A stretch of DNA of 64,000 nt from contig CAZOVK010000003.1 of assembly GCA_964583165.1 (NCBI GenBank), positions 1 to 64,000 of the forward strand, read 5' to 3'. The position numbers were made by a program, and so were the translations under genes. Under the pieces are notes generated by a model. It worked only from the letters and a program-made list of their open reading frames with translations, did no database searches and had not been told where the DNA came from. The stretch is from an uncultured Defluviitaleaceae bacterium. Its GTDB lineage: Bacteria; Bacillota; Clostridia; Lachnospirales; WRAX01. Below, piece by piece: positions 29,923 to 40,986 of this stretch. The stretch's first letter is position 1; each line of letters begins with the position of its first letter.

Positions 29923-30601
29923 TATGCTGAATATATCAAAGCGCCTAAAGACGGCGGCGGATTTCGTAATCGGTGAGAATGTCGCTGATATTGGCTCTGA
30001 CCACGGGATTTTGGCGGCGTTTTTGGCGAAAACAGGGCGTTTCAAAAAAATAATCGCGACTGACATAAACGCAGGGCCGTTGTCAGCCGCGCAAAAAACG
30101 GTCACGCGTTATGGGCTTGAAAACATTGTAGAGACAAGACTATGCGCGGGGCTTTCTTTCATTTCGGTGGGAGAGGCCGACACGATTGTTATTGCGGGCA
30201 TGGGCGGCGCGTTGATTCAGGAGATTTTATCTAACGACATAGATGTTGCGCAATCAGCCAAACGGCTCGTTCTCCAGCCGCAAGACCATGTGGAGGACGT
30301 GCGCCGCTACCTACATAACGCGGGCTTTCGGATTGAGGATGAAACGGTTGTTTGCGACAACATGAAATTCTATAATGTAATAGTGGCCGAAATTGGGGAA
30401 GAGCAGTACACGGACGAGGAGTATTTCACGGGGCGAAAGGCGCTTTTGAGCCAAAGCCCCGACTTCGCGGCGTATATCGCGCATGAAACGGCCAAACGCG
30501 AGAACATTTTACGAAACATCACGCGCAATGCCGGACAAGCACAAGAACGGTGTGCGCGGCTTATGCTGGAGTTAGAGTGGCTTCAAAACATAGGTATGTA
30601 G
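29915..30601 (+). CDS. trmK: tRNA (adenine22-N1)-methyltransferase TrmK-like
   Basis: Class I SAM methyltransferase fold ([14 protein letters not shown]) with a C-terminal coiled-coil. It sits downstream of sigA as in Bacillus. The start may be TTG at 29915 or ATG at 29924. Confidence 0.72.
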   Translation: MTNMLNISKRLKTAADFVIGENVADIGSDHGILAAFLAKTGRFKKIIATDINAGPLSAAQKTVTRYGLENIVETRLCAGLSFISVGEADTIVIAGMGGALIQEILSNDIDVAQSAKRLVLQPQDHVEDVRRYLHNAGFRIEDETVVCDNMKFYNVIVAEIGEEQYTDEEYFTGRKALLSQSPDFAAYIAHETAKRENILRNITRNAGQAQERCARLMLELEWLQNIGM

Positions 30602-30610
30602 GGGGCATAT

Positions 30611-32269
30611 GTGGAACAGGAAAAGATTAATGTAACAATCAACGGTGTGGGCGAAATCAGCGTAACGATTGGTACGACATTGGATAGTTTGGCGAAAACC
30701 TACCCGCAAGTTTGCAAGCACACGATATTGGCGGCAACTGTGGACAACGATTTGACGGAGTTGTTCGGTGGTGTGAGTGACGGTTGCCACGTGCGTTTTC
30801 TTGACATTACAGATTCTAACGGCTACCGCGTGTATCAACGCTCGGTGTCGTTTTTGATGCTTTACGCCGCTAAGTCGGTTCTGGGGCATAAAACGCGAGT
30901 CATTATTGAACATTCGATTAACAAGGCGTATTATTGTGAAATACCAGATATAACTATCACGGAAGAGTTATTAAAACAGATTGAAGCTAAGATGCGCGAA
31001 GTTGTTGACGCTGATTTGCCGTTTGAAAAGAAATACATGCTGTATAAGGACGGTTTGCGTATTGCCGAGGAAATGGGGCTGTCTGATAAGGTTCAGATGC
31101 TCAAATATCGCCGTACGACTTTTGTTAACTTCTATAAGCTCGATTGGTTCTATGATTATTTCTATGGGCCAATGGTGTTGTCGGCGGGCGTTTTGAAGCT
31201 GTTCAAGTTGTCGGTGACCGATAAGGGTTTCACGCTGTCATTTCCGTCGCCGCATGACCCATCCCAAATTTCTGACGACAAACATTTAGCTAAGATTTCT
31301 CGTATATTTAATGAGTCTAACGAGTGGGCGAAGATTCTCCGCGCTGACACGGTGGGCGCGCTGAATCAGATAATCTGCGACGGCGGTACTGACGAGTTCA
31401 TTCGCGTGAATGAGGCATTACATGAGAAGAAAATCGCGCAAATCGCCGACATGATTTTGGAGCGCGGGAGTAGGTTGGTGCTTATCGCGGGGCCATCGTC
31501 TTCGGGTAAGACGACGTTTGCGCTCAGACTGATTATTCAGATGCGCGTAAATGGCTTGCGCCCACATAAAATCAGCGTTGACAACTATTTCAATGACGCG
31601 GCGACTGCCCCACGTGATGCGGACGGCAAAATCGACTTTGAAGCGTTTGAGCATGTCAATTCGGATTTGTTGAATGAACACCTTGAACGGTTGTTGCGCG
31701 GCGAAACGGTTCAACTACCGCGTTTTGATTTCTCTGTAGGGAAGCGCTTCCCGAATGGGGAGATTATGAAACTGGATGACAATGACGTGCTTGTTGTTGA
31801 GGGCATACACTGTCTTAATGAAAGACTCACACGGGTAATACCGAAAGAGAACAAGTTCAAAATCTTCATCTCTGCGCTGACACAGCTAAATCTTGACGAC
31901 CACAACCGCATACCGACTGCTGATACGCGCTTGATACGTCGTATTGTGCGCGACAAGATGACGCGTAACTATACGGCGCAACAGACCATCTCCGTCTGGC
32001 CGAATGTCACGCGCGGCGAAGACCAACACATCTTCCCTTATCAAGAAGAGGCTGACGCAATGTTTAACTCAGCCCTTGTTTACGAGATGTGTATACTCAA
32101 ACAGTATGTCGAGCCGCTCTTGTTCTCCATCACGCCCGACATGCCCGAATATACCGAGGCGCGGCGGTTAGTGAAATTCCTTGACAGCTTTATGAATCTC
32201 GACTCAGACAGTGTGCCGAAAACCAGTATACTAAGAGAATTTATTGGCGGGAGCTGCTTCAACACGTGA
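30611..32269 (+). CDS. uridine kinase/phosphoribulokinase-family P-loop kinase with an N-terminal TGS-like domain
   Basis: Walker A motif GPSSSGKTTFA in the C-terminal half and an N-terminal ThrRS/TGS-like beta-grasp region. Confidence 0.58.
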   Translation: MEQEKINVTINGVGEISVTIGTTLDSLAKTYPQVCKHTILAATVDNDLTELFGGVSDGCHVRFLDITDSNGYRVYQRSVSFLMLYAAKSVLGHKTRVIIEHSINKAYYCEIPDITITEELLKQIEAKMREVVDADLPFEKKYMLYKDGLRIAEEMGLSDKVQMLKYRRTTFVNFYKLDWFYDYFYGPMVLSAGVLKLFKLSVTDKGFTLSFPSPHDPSQISDDKHLAKISRIFNESNEWAKILRADTVGALNQIICDGGTDEFIRVNEALHEKKIAQIADMILERGSRLVLIAGPSSSGKTTFALRLIIQMRVNGLRPHKISVDNYFNDAATAPRDADGKIDFEAFEHVNSDLLNEHLERLLRGETVQLPRFDFSVGKRFPNGEIMKLDDNDVLVVEGIHCLNERLTRVIPKENKFKIFISALTQLNLDDHNRIPTADTRLIRRIVRDKMTRNYTAQQTISVWPNVTRGEDQHIFPYQEEADAMFNSALVYEMCILKQYVEPLLFSITPDMPEYTEARRLVKFLDSFMNLDSDSVPKTSILREFIGGSCFNT

Positions 32270-33096
32270 AAAAACGGCTAAAATTTATGGCGCTCGTTCT
32301 GCTCGCTTTGGCGGGCGCGAGCGCCTGTGTGTATCAATTGAGCATGAAATGGCTCAAAATAAACCGACTGACTGTAACGGCGGCCGATTTGCCAGCCGAA
32401 CTGTCGGGCTTAAAGATTCTACATATCTCGGACATTCACGGGAATGACCCCGAGCGTATAAACCTTGACATCTGGACTGCGATTGACGACATAGACGCTA
32501 ATTTCGCGTGTATAACGGGGGATTCGGTTGTTGCGCTGACCGACGAGTTTCTTCCGCATTTGGAGGGGCTTTCGCGATTGACTGCGCGTATGCCTGTTTA
32601 TTATGTTTTCGGCAATCACGACCACCTGTTTACGGAAGAAATGAAGGTTATGTTAGAGGGCGCGGGGGTTAAGACGCTCTATTTTGAAACGAGTTTTTTC
32701 AAATATAATGGCGTGGACGTGCCCGTTGTGGGTTTGCCTGACGTGATGTTTCGGCGCGTGAGGTATACGTTTTATGAACAGGCGGACAAATTGATAACCG
32801 AAACGCCCGGCTACAAGATAATTTTGTCGCACGAGCCGCAGGTTTTTCCGAACTTTGCGGAGTATTCGCCGTTTCTAATGTTATCGGGGCATACGCATGG
32901 GGGGCAACTACGCTTGCCGTTTTTGCCGACACTCTACGCGCCCGGTCAAGGGTTCTTGCCTAAGTACGGCGATGGGTTGTATACGGAGGGCGCGAACAAT
33001 TTGTATGTGTCGCGCGGGATTGGAACTACCATTTTTCCGATACGGTTCTTTAACAGACCCGAAATCGCGATAATTGAGTTAGTTAAACCAGAGTAG
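32266..33096 (+). CDS. calcineurin-like metallophosphoesterase
   Basis: Signal/TM peptide, then GDxHG (ISDIHGN), GDSV and GNHD motifs. GHTHGGQ lies near the C-terminus. Confidence 0.75.
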   Translation: MKKRLKFMALVLLALAGASACVYQLSMKWLKINRLTVTAADLPAELSGLKILHISDIHGNDPERINLDIWTAIDDIDANFACITGDSVVALTDEFLPHLEGLSRLTARMPVYYVFGNHDHLFTEEMKVMLEGAGVKTLYFETSFFKYNGVDVPVVGLPDVMFRRVRYTFYEQADKLITETPGYKIILSHEPQVFPNFAEYSPFLMLSGHTHGGQLRLPFLPTLYAPGQGFLPKYGDGLYTEGANNLYVSRGIGTTIFPIRFFNRPEIAIIELVKPE

Positions 33097-33106
33097 GGGG
33101 ATTTCT

Positions 33107-33748
33107 ATGGAGGAAAACATCCAAAAGGCTGTCGCGTTTTTGCGCGAACAATTCGACCAAAGCGTATATCTTAACGCGCACGAAGACGAGAAGAAGTATC
33201 GGTTTGAGCACACCATGCGTGTCGCGAATATCGGGCGTGAAATTGCAGAAAATGAGGGCATGGACGTTGAGGGACTAGTGATTGGTTGTATTCTGCATGA
33301 CGTGAGTTACATAAACGAGATGAAAACCCGTGAGGATTCAATGAATCACGGGCGCGAGGCCGCCCGAATTGCGCGGCCGTTCCTTGAAGGTCTTGGCTTT
33401 GAAGCGGGGCGGGTCAACGAGATTTGTTATGGTATCGCGATACATGTAGACGACAAGGCAGACTTTGACGGCGAGCGCACGACTTTAGCGCTCAGTATTG
33501 GGGATTGTGACAATATCGACAGATTTGATGTGTATAGAATTTACGACACATTGAGATATACAAAGTATGAGAATTTAACACTGGAAGAAGCCACGGACTT
33601 CGTTGATACCGTTTTAAGCAAGCTTAACGAGTTTCTCGACATGGAGCTGGGTACGAAAACAGCGAAAAAGCTGTGGCTAGAAAAGGTACGGTTTCAGATT
33701 GAATTCTTCGAGCGTTTAAAGAGGCAGATTGATAAGAGCGTGATTTAG
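33107..33748 (+). CDS. HD-domain phosphohydrolase
   Basis: H...HD...H...D motif (EHTMRV...ILHDV...IHVDD). Confidence 0.72.
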   Translation: MEENIQKAVAFLREQFDQSVYLNAHEDEKKYRFEHTMRVANIGREIAENEGMDVEGLVIGCILHDVSYINEMKTREDSMNHGREAARIARPFLEGLGFEAGRVNEICYGIAIHVDDKADFDGERTTLALSIGDCDNIDRFDVYRIYDTLRYTKYENLTLEEATDFVDTVLSKLNEFLDMELGTKTAKKLWLEKVRFQIEFFERLKRQIDKSVI

Positions 33749-33757
33749 GGGTGTAAA

Positions 33758-35281
33758 GTGAAGATATTGAGGTTTTTCAGTGGCAGGTTGTTTATCACCG
33801 GTATTGTTATCGCTATTCAGCTCGTTTGGTTTCTGACGTTTTGGTTAAGCTTATCTGATTATTCCGAGATTGTGGGTGTCGCGTTCAGTTTGTTGAGTAT
33901 GGGCATGATTTTATATATTATTGTGCGTGATGATAACCCGTCATTTAAGATTGGTTGGATTATCGTCATCATGTCTTTGCCGCTTTTGGGCGGACTTCTG
34001 TATTTCTTTTTCGGAAGCAAACAGCCGCTACAGAAAATCACACGCAAGGTCAAGGACAGGCGCGAGCATTACCAGCGATTTTTACCGCCGAATCTAGGTG
34101 TTATTGAAAATTTGAAAACCGAGAATCAACGAGCCGCAACCAGCGCTGAATACCTTCAAAACTTCTGTAAGTATCCGATTTGGCAAAACAGCAAGACAAA
34201 GTATTACCCCGTGGGTGAGCTGATGTATGCGGACATGTTGGTAGAGTTAGAGAAAGCCGAGCGCTTCATATTCATGGAGTATTTCATCATTGAACGCGGT
34301 CAGATGTGGGATGGTATTCTTGATATTCTAAAACGCAAAGCCGCCGCGGGTGTTGAGGTGCGTCTCATGTATGATGACGTCGGATGCTTAAACCTTTTAC
34401 CGCGCAAATTCTATCGTAATATGGAGCGACTGGGCATTAAATGCCTGCCGTTCAACCGCTTCGTGCCCATGATGTCGGTAGCTATGAATAACCGTGACCA
34501 CAGAAAAATACTTGTAATTGACGGGCGCGTGGCGTTTAACGGCGGAATCAATATCGCTGATGAATACATCAACCACAAGAAAACCCTTGGTCACTGGAAG
34601 GACACAGGCGTAATGCTCACCGGCGACGCTGTGCGTGGCTTCACAGCCATGTTCTTAGAGATGTGGAACGCGTTCTACATTAAGCCCGATTTGGATATTG
34701 AGCCATATTTGGTGACTCAATCGGACAAAAACGCCACGGGTTACGTCCTGCCGTTCGGCGATTCGCCCGTGAACGGCGAGACAATCAGTCAGAACGTCTA
34801 TATCGACATTCTAAGTCAAGCGCGGCGTTATGTCTACATCTTCACACCATATCTGATTATTGACTTTGAGATGCAGAATGCTTTGCGGCTTGCGGCGAAA
34901 CGCGGCGTTGACGTGCGGCTAATCACGCCGGGAGTGCCCGATAAAAAGGTCATTTACCGCATGACGCGCTCTTATTATCACGATTTGATTGTGGGTGGCG
35001 TTAAGATTTACGAGTACACGCCGGGGTTTTTACACGCGAAAAGTTACGTCTGCGATGATGAAGTAGCCGTCGTTGGCACAATCAACATGGATTTTCGCAG
35101 TCTGTATCTACATTTTGAGTGTGGTACGTTCATGTACGGAACGGAATCTGTACTTGCAGTCAAGCAAGATTTTATGGAAACGCTCGAGAAATGCCGCAGG
35201 GTTGAGTTAAAGCGGCTTAAACAACCGCTGATTATGCGCGCCTTTGACGCGATATTACGTGCGTTTGCGCCACTGGCGTGA
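33758..35281 (+). CDS. cls: cardiolipin synthase
   Basis: Two N-terminal TM helices and two PLD HKD motifs (HRKILVIDGRVAFNGGINIAD and HAKSYVCDDEVAVVGTINMD). Confidence 0.88.
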   Translation: MKILRFFSGRLFITGIVIAIQLVWFLTFWLSLSDYSEIVGVAFSLLSMGMILYIIVRDDNPSFKIGWIIVIMSLPLLGGLLYFFFGSKQPLQKITRKVKDRREHYQRFLPPNLGVIENLKTENQRAATSAEYLQNFCKYPIWQNSKTKYYPVGELMYADMLVELEKAERFIFMEYFIIERGQMWDGILDILKRKAAAGVEVRLMYDDVGCLNLLPRKFYRNMERLGIKCLPFNRFVPMMSVAMNNRDHRKILVIDGRVAFNGGINIADEYINHKKTLGHWKDTGVMLTGDAVRGFTAMFLEMWNAFYIKPDLDIEPYLVTQSDKNATGYVLPFGDSPVNGETISQNVYIDILSQARRYVYIFTPYLIIDFEMQNALRLAAKRGVDVRLITPGVPDKKVIYRMTRSYYHDLIVGGVKIYEYTPGFLHAKSYVCDDEVAVVGTINMDFRSLYLHFECGTFMYGTESVLAVKQDFMETLEKCRRVELKRLKQPLIMRAFDAILRAFAPLA

Positions 35282-35391
35282 CAGCAAAATGGCCGTTCTT
35301 ATTCGGGGCGGTCGTTTTCGTTGTTTGCGCTGACGGTTATGAAAACATGCGAAAAGGCAAAGAAAAATCTGATTATACATGAGGGGATAAT

Positions 35392-35892
35392 TTGAGAATA
35401 GAGACAGAACGTCTGGAATTGGTAATGCTTTTGCCGAACCAGTTAAAGCTTTGGATTACGGATTTGGCGGCGCTGGAGAACGAGTTGAACATGGTGTATA
35501 TGGGCGAGCCGCTTAATGGGTTTTTTCTTGATATTGTGAAAAACCAAGTCGGAATCACAGAGAATGACAGCCAAAACTATATGTGGCACAGTTTTTTGCT
35601 GATTATACGAAAAGAGGACAGGGTGGCCGTGGGTTCGGCTGATTTCAAGAATGTGCCTAATGATAACGGTGAAGTTGAGATAGGTTACGGGTTGGGCAAG
35701 GCGTTTGAGCATAACGGTTACATGACAGAAACCGTTAAGTATATGTGTGAATGGGCGTTTAAGCAAGATTGCGTCCGCGCGGTGATTGCTGAAACGGATA
35801 TAGACGGTATAGGTTCGCAAAGGGTTCTTGAGCGAAACGGGTTTAGGTTATACAAAGAAGCAGAAACGCTCTGGTGGCGGTTAGACAAATAG
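35392..35892 (+). CDS. GNAT-family N-acetyltransferase (RimJ/RimL-like)
   Basis: 166 aa with an acetyl-CoA-binding motif region (VIAETDIDGIGSQRVLERNGF). Confidence 0.78.
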   Translation: MRIETERLELVMLLPNQLKLWITDLAALENELNMVYMGEPLNGFFLDIVKNQVGITENDSQNYMWHSFLLIIRKEDRVAVGSADFKNVPNDNGEVEIGYGLGKAFEHNGYMTETVKYMCEWAFKQDCVRAVIAETDIDGIGSQRVLERNGFRLYKEAETLWWRLDK

Positions 35893-35920
35893 AAGAAGGC
35901 GGGGAAACCCGCCTTTTCGC

Positions 35921-38900
35921 TTAACAAACGTATTTGGATATGTCTACACTGTTGACAAGGCACGCATTAAATCCGTCCGGCCAGTCAATCAACGACGCAG
36001 TGGTTTTGGCAGGAAAGCCGAACTTTGCGAACAGCGATTCTGTCGTGTAGGTGGGGTTATCGGGGCTGAGCCGTGGGAGCGGGCAGTCAGCGCAAGGGCT
36101 GTCGGCTTGATTTAGGGCTTCGTAACACCGCTTGCCTACAAATGACGAGTTTTTGAGCGATTTAATCTGCTGATTTGCGAAGAGCACTTCGTGGCTGACC
36201 CTGTCAACGACGAACGCAAAACTATCCAAGGTGTTCAAGATGGTCAGCATACTGTGATAATTTGTTTGAGCGGTTTCCAGGGTGCGTTGTTTGATGATGA
36301 ACGTAGAAATGAGGTTACATATCGTTGTGAGGTCGTCCAAATTCTCATCAGTCAGCGCATAGTCGTGCAGGTTGTCGTCAAAGCCGATAAAGCCTTTCAG
36401 TTTGTCGCTCTCTTTGACGGCAAACAGTAGCATATACTTGACATTTGTCTCTTGAAGTACCTCCCATTCTGTCGCGCTTATGTCGTCGGGGCGGCGTAGG
36501 ACGAAGATGTTGTTGGCGATAAGCGCATCGTAAACGTCCTTGAAGTCACCTATCTTTATATGTTCGTAGTCGGTCATGAATGTTTCTGTGTGTGGGTCAC
36601 GCCATACAAATGTATTGACCAACGTATCACTGTTTTCACGGTATTCAAAGATATAGCTTGTGGTAAAGCCGAAGTGTTCGGCTATGAGTTTAAGCGACGT
36701 TTCAATAGATGCCTTTGGGTTTGCAGAGCCGTAGAGAAGCTTGAAAATATATTCAAGGCGATTGTCGCGGAAATTCTTTTGCGGGAGGTTGCCCCGTGTA
36801 TAAATCTCGGTGCGTGTTCCCGTGTAGCCGGTGAACGCGGAGCCGTCATAGATGGTGAAACCGTCTTTGCCCTTTTGTTTAGTGACATAGAGCGCCGCGT
36901 CAGCGTATTTGTATAATGTCGTGAAGTCGTGAGCGTGGGTGGGGTAGAGCGCAATACCGACACTCGCCGAAACGGAGCAAGTCTGGTCGTCGTGGGCGTA
37001 TGATAATCTGAAAGCGCGACAAATTTCATTGGCTTTTGCGCTCACAATCTCGGGCTGATTAAATCCGCGTAAGAATACGAAGAACTCGTCGCCACCAACG
37101 CGCCCGATAATGTCGTTCGCGCGGAAAATCGGGCGCAAAGCGTCCGCAAGGCGTGTCAAAATGATGTCACCATGTAGATGCCCAAGCTTGTCATTGACGG
37201 TTTTGAAGTTGTCTATGTCGATAATAAAGAGCGCGTGGAACGTATCTGCCACATGAACATTTAACGCGTCACGGATAAGATTTTCTGTCGTAATCTTATT
37301 ATAAAGCCCCGTAAGTTGGTCGCGCTGTGCCTTCTCCAGCAATTCAAGCTCTTTCTGCTTCTGAACGGTTATGGGCATGGCCGAGCTAATCGCCATAATG
37401 TCATTGGTTTTGGGGTCTTTATAGAACTTATAACGCTGGCAAATCCAAATTATTGAGTTGTCGATATCCCTCATGCAGAATTCATATTCAACCTCTTGCA
37501 AGCCCGACATGTAATTACCAATGAGGTTGGAGGGCATGTTTTTTTCGATATAGTCGTCATAGTTACTGTCTAGCAGATAGGCATCGGCGACAGCCTCGAC
37601 AATCGATGAGAATACCGTTCCGTGTTTTAACGGTATCTTTGAATATAGAGATAGGTCGCCGTTTATCAGTAAGTTCTGGCTTAGGTTGATTTCCGATACT
37701 ATTGCGTTGCTGCCATAGAGCGCGTTTTTGTAAACGAGCGCTTCATGGTACATGACCTCAAGTTCTTTGCGGTCGTTGATGTTTTCGATAACACCAATGG
37801 CTTTAACGGGCTTTTTGTCTCTATCAAAAATGGCAACGCCCGTAATCAAACACCAAATATAAACCCCATCGCCCTTTATTATTCGGATTTCGTCATTAAC
37901 GCCACTAAAACCATCTCCAATGGCATCAAACAATTTTAAGAATCTCTCGACATCATCAGGATGTATATAACCGCCATCAATGACGCTTTGAGGTAACCCC
38001 GAGGTTATCGGCTTATAGCCAAACACCTGTTCATACTTATCTGAAAACGTAATTTCACCTGTTTTTAGCGTTACTTCAAATATTATATTCTCGCTGCGCT
38101 CTATCATAAAGCGGTAGCGTTCCTCGCCAAGCAACAGCTCAGCGTTCACACGCGCTATATCGTCACGTGAACGTCGCAACAGGCTAAAACTGAACAAAAA
38201 CAATACCACCAATACAAGCACAATACCCGTAATAAGTAAGCCCACATAAACCTGAATATTCTCGGCGTTCTTGTCAATGACCTCTTTCGGTGTCAGGATG
38301 AACAACATCCAGTCATTGATACCGATAGGCATATAATAACCGTAACGTGAATACCCGCCCAAGGTATAGCTAGTTATGCCGCTTCTACCTTCTCTAAAGT
38401 CTGATATAAGTGTTTCTTTATCATTTCCGCCATCAAACTCCATAAGGTCTAAAGCTTCGGCAAGCGTTCTGCCATCTAACTGAGAATTGGGGTTGCCTGA
38501 TAAGGCGATAAAATCGAGAGAGCTGTTTACTATGTGAAGATAACCTTGACCATTAAAGATATTCACGGACAAGAGTTGACCCAGTTTATCGGGGCTAAAT
38601 GAGCCGCGTGCGGCGGCAACAGTCTTATCATCTTTAACAACGGGAACAACGATTGATATTATTGGGCTATTTTCAACCGCGCTCGTCATTATGTCAGAAA
38701 TATAGACACTACCCGGTTCCATCTTAGCCACATAGTTGTTGGCTAAGACTACATCATAGCCATCACTCGTAAAACTACGTCCTTCGGGTAGGTCAATTGT
38801 GATACGGTTAAAGGGTGTGCCCTTTGACATATCTGTAAGAAACTGCCGCGCCTCTGCAGACGAATAATCGTCGAAGCGTTCAAGCATGGTGGCAAGCGAC

Positions 38901-39118
38901 GAGATATAATCCGTATATGAATAAATGGAGTTTTTGACAAACCCCGCGTTTTGTTCGGCTATCTCGCGTAATCTGTCAGAACCTTGATATTGCTGATTAT
39001 TATGTATGTATTCTGAGAACACGAATAAAAGAATTATAATCAGCGCCGTTGCAAACAAAAGAAGCATAAGGTTAAAAAGCGAGTAGTGTTTTTGAATAAG
39101 CGGGATTACCCTTTTCAT
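35921..39118 (-). CDS. sensor diguanylate cyclase (Cache-like extracellular domain, PAS, GGDEF, GAF-like and a C-terminal Cys-rich PAS-like domain)
   Basis: Two TM helices flank a roughly 250-aa extracytoplasmic domain. The GGDEF active site RVGGDEFFVFL is intact. No EAL or HD-GYP domain. The C-terminal roughly 300 aa form extra sensory folds. Confidence 0.8.
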   Translation of the reverse strand: MKRVIPLIQKHYSLFNLMLLLFATALIIILLFVFSEYIHNNQQYQGSDRLREIAEQNAGFVKNSIYSYTDYISSLATMLERFDDYSSAEARQFLTDMSKGTPFNRITIDLPEGRSFTSDGYDVVLANNYVAKMEPGSVYISDIMTSAVENSPIISIVVPVVKDDKTVAAARGSFSPDKLGQLLSVNIFNGQGYLHIVNSSLDFIALSGNPNSQLDGRTLAEALDLMEFDGGNDKETLISDFREGRSGITSYTLGGYSRYGYYMPIGINDWMLFILTPKEVIDKNAENIQVYVGLLITGIVLVLVVLFLFSFSLLRRSRDDIARVNAELLLGEERYRFMIERSENIIFEVTLKTGEITFSDKYEQVFGYKPITSGLPQSVIDGGYIHPDDVERFLKLFDAIGDGFSGVNDEIRIIKGDGVYIWCLITGVAIFDRDKKPVKAIGVIENINDRKELEVMYHEALVYKNALYGSNAIVSEINLSQNLLINGDLSLYSKIPLKHGTVFSSIVEAVADAYLLDSNYDDYIEKNMPSNLIGNYMSGLQEVEYEFCMRDIDNSIIWICQRYKFYKDPKTNDIMAISSAMPITVQKQKELELLEKAQRDQLTGLYNKITTENLIRDALNVHVADTFHALFIIDIDNFKTVNDKLGHLHGDIILTRLADALRPIFRANDIIGRVGGDEFFVFLRGFNQPEIVSAKANEICRAFRLSYAHDDQTCSVSASVGIALYPTHAHDFTTLYKYADAALYVTKQKGKDGFTIYDGSAFTGYTGTRTEIYTRGNLPQKNFRDNRLEYIFKLLYGSANPKASIETSLKLIAEHFGFTTSYIFEYRENSDTLVNTFVWRDPHTETFMTDYEHIKIGDFKDVYDALIANNIFVLRRPDDISATEWEVLQETNVKYMLLFAVKESDKLKGFIGFDDNLHDYALTDENLDDLTTICNLISTFIIKQRTLETAQTNYHSMLTILNTLDSFAFVVDRVSHEVLFANQQIKSLKNSSFVGKRCYEALNQADSPCADCPLPRLSPDNPTYTTESLFAKFGFPAKTTASLIDWPDGFNACLVNSVDISKYVC

Positions 39119-39227
39119 GATTCCCCCTAGCGCATTTTTGATTTTTCACTCGCAGATATTACAATTATGCAATAAACAGTGCCCGTTGTCAACCTCATAT
39201 CGGGTTAATAATTTTATGATTTTCTTG

Positions 39228-39256
39228 TTGACTTTTTTGTAGAATTATGCTTAAAT
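39228..39256 (+). promoter_or_regulatory. sigma-A-type promoter for the puuR-like/pot operon
   Basis: TTGACT (39228-39233), a 17-bp spacer, then TTAAAT (39251-39256). Confidence 0.45.
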
Positions 39257-39345
39257 AAGTTTGGCTTTTGTTTAGTGACTGTGGATTGAATGTTTGATAT
39301 TAAGAAACAGCCCAAGGCGCTGTATACGTGGGAAAAGGCGGATTT

Positions 39346-39885
39346 ATGGATATTGGCGAGAAAATAAAGAGGCTAAGAATACGCAACAATCTGACGCTTG
39401 AAGAACTGGGCGACCGCGCCGAACTGTCTAAAAGCTTTATTTCGCAGGTTGAACGCGGCCAGGCGTCGCCGTCTATTGCTACGCTGATTGATATTTTAGA
39501 ATGTCTGGGCACGAATCTGCCGGACTTCTTTAGTGACGTTGAGAATGAAACAGTCGTGTTCTCACCCAAGGACTTCTTTACGAAAGAAAACGCTGAATCG
39601 GGTTATGAAATAAGTTGGATTGTGCCCAATGCGATAAAGAACACTATGGAACCGATTATACTGAAACTCGAACGCGGCGGTCACTCCGATACATACCCGC
39701 CATGTAACGGCGAGGTGTTCGGTTACATGCTGACGGGCGAGATGTATTTGTATATAGGTGAAACCGAAATGCGCGTCAAAAAGGGCGAGTGTTTCTATTT
39801 CAAGGTTAATAACCATTATCACTTAGAGAATAAGTCAACGCGTGTGGCGTCACTGCTATGGATTTCGACGCCGCCGAGTTTCTAG
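39346..39885 (+). CDS. XRE-family helix-turn-helix plus cupin transcriptional regulator (PuuR-like)
   Basis: N-terminal HTH (IKRLRIRNNLTLEELGDRAELSKSFISQVERG) and a C-terminal cupin domain. Start at MDIGEK, with AAGGCGGA upstream. Confidence 0.8.
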   Translation: MDIGEKIKRLRIRNNLTLEELGDRAELSKSFISQVERGQASPSIATLIDILECLGTNLPDFFSDVENETVVFSPKDFFTKENAESGYEISWIVPNAIKNTMEPIILKLERGGHSDTYPPCNGEVFGYMLTGEMYLYIGETEMRVKKGECFYFKVNNHYHLENKSTRVASLLWISTPPSF

Positions 39886-39906
39886 CTATAAAGGGGGGCG
39901 TGTGTA

Positions 39907-40962
39907 TTGGAATCTATAATTGAACTCGTGGGTCTTACAAAGAGTTATAGCGACACGACGGTTTTAAACAACATAAACCTGACGTTCAAGCGCAATTCGT
40001 TCGTGACGTTGTTGGGGCCGTCAGGCTGTGGTAAGACGACAACCCTAAGGCTCATTGGTGGCTTTGAGGAACCCACGAGCGGCGATATACTCTTTGAGGG
40101 TCAAAGCATTCTCAAACTCCCGCCCTATAAACGCAAGGTTAACACCGTTTTCCAGAAATACGCGTTGTTCCCGCATATGAATGTTGAGGAAAATATCGCG
40201 TTCGGTTTGAAGATACAGAAGAAATCTGCTTCCTATATTAAAGCGAAGGTTGCGGAGATGCTCAAACTCGTGAACCTGTCGGGTTATGAGAAACGCGCCG
40301 TGACCAGCCTTTCGGGCGGTCAGCAACAGCGTATAGCCATAGTCCGCGCGCTTGTGAACGAACCGCAAGTGCTTCTGTTTGACGAGCCATTGGGCGCGCT
40401 GGACTTGCAACTACGCAAAGAAATGCAGATAGAGCTAAAGAACATGCAGATGTCATTGGGCATTACGTTTGTATACGTAACTCACGACCAAGAAGAAGCC
40501 CTTACCATGTCTGACACGATTGTCGTTATGAATAACGGCATAATCCAACAGATTGGCCGCCCCGAGGACATCTATAACGAGCCCGAGAACGGTTTTGTCG
40601 CTCAGTTTATCGGCGAAAGCAATATCTTGCCGGGTATAATGCGCGGTGATTACCGCGTGGAGTTTATGGGCGTTGAGTTCCCCTGTGTTGATAAAGGTTT
40701 CGCGCCAAACGCCGAAGTAGGTATCGTCATACGCCCCGAAGACGTTGTAATTACAACGCCTGAATTGGGCAAACTAAAGGGCATTGTCAGAAACGTGACA
40801 TTTAAGGGTGTTCACTATGAAATGCTCATTGACGCGGCGAACGGAGCGGCCGACACGGGCTTTGTCTGGAAGGTTCAGTCTACGGTCATGTCGCCCAAGG
40901 GCGCGTATGTCGGCATAGATGTTGACGCGAACATGATTCATGTAATGAAGACGAGGGGTTAG
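39907..40962 (+). CDS. potA: spermidine/putrescine ABC transporter ATP-binding protein
   Basis: Walker [10 protein letters not shown], signature LSGGQQQR, Walker B LLFDEP, and a C-terminal TOBE domain. Confidence 0.9.
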   Translation: MESIIELVGLTKSYSDTTVLNNINLTFKRNSFVTLLGPSGCGKTTTLRLIGGFEEPTSGDILFEGQSILKLPPYKRKVNTVFQKYALFPHMNVEENIAFGLKIQKKSASYIKAKVAEMLKLVNLSGYEKRAVTSLSGGQQQRIAIVRALVNEPQVLLFDEPLGALDLQLRKEMQIELKNMQMSLGITFVYVTHDQEEALTMSDTIVVMNNGIIQQIGRPEDIYNEPENGFVAQFIGESNILPGIMRGDYRVEFMGVEFPCVDKGFAPNAEVGIVIRPEDVVITTPELGKLKGIVRNVTFKGVHYEMLIDAANGAADTGFVWKVQSTVMSPKGAYVGIDVDANMIHVMKTRG

Positions 40963-40986
40963 CCCTAGCTTAATTTCTTTGGGGAG

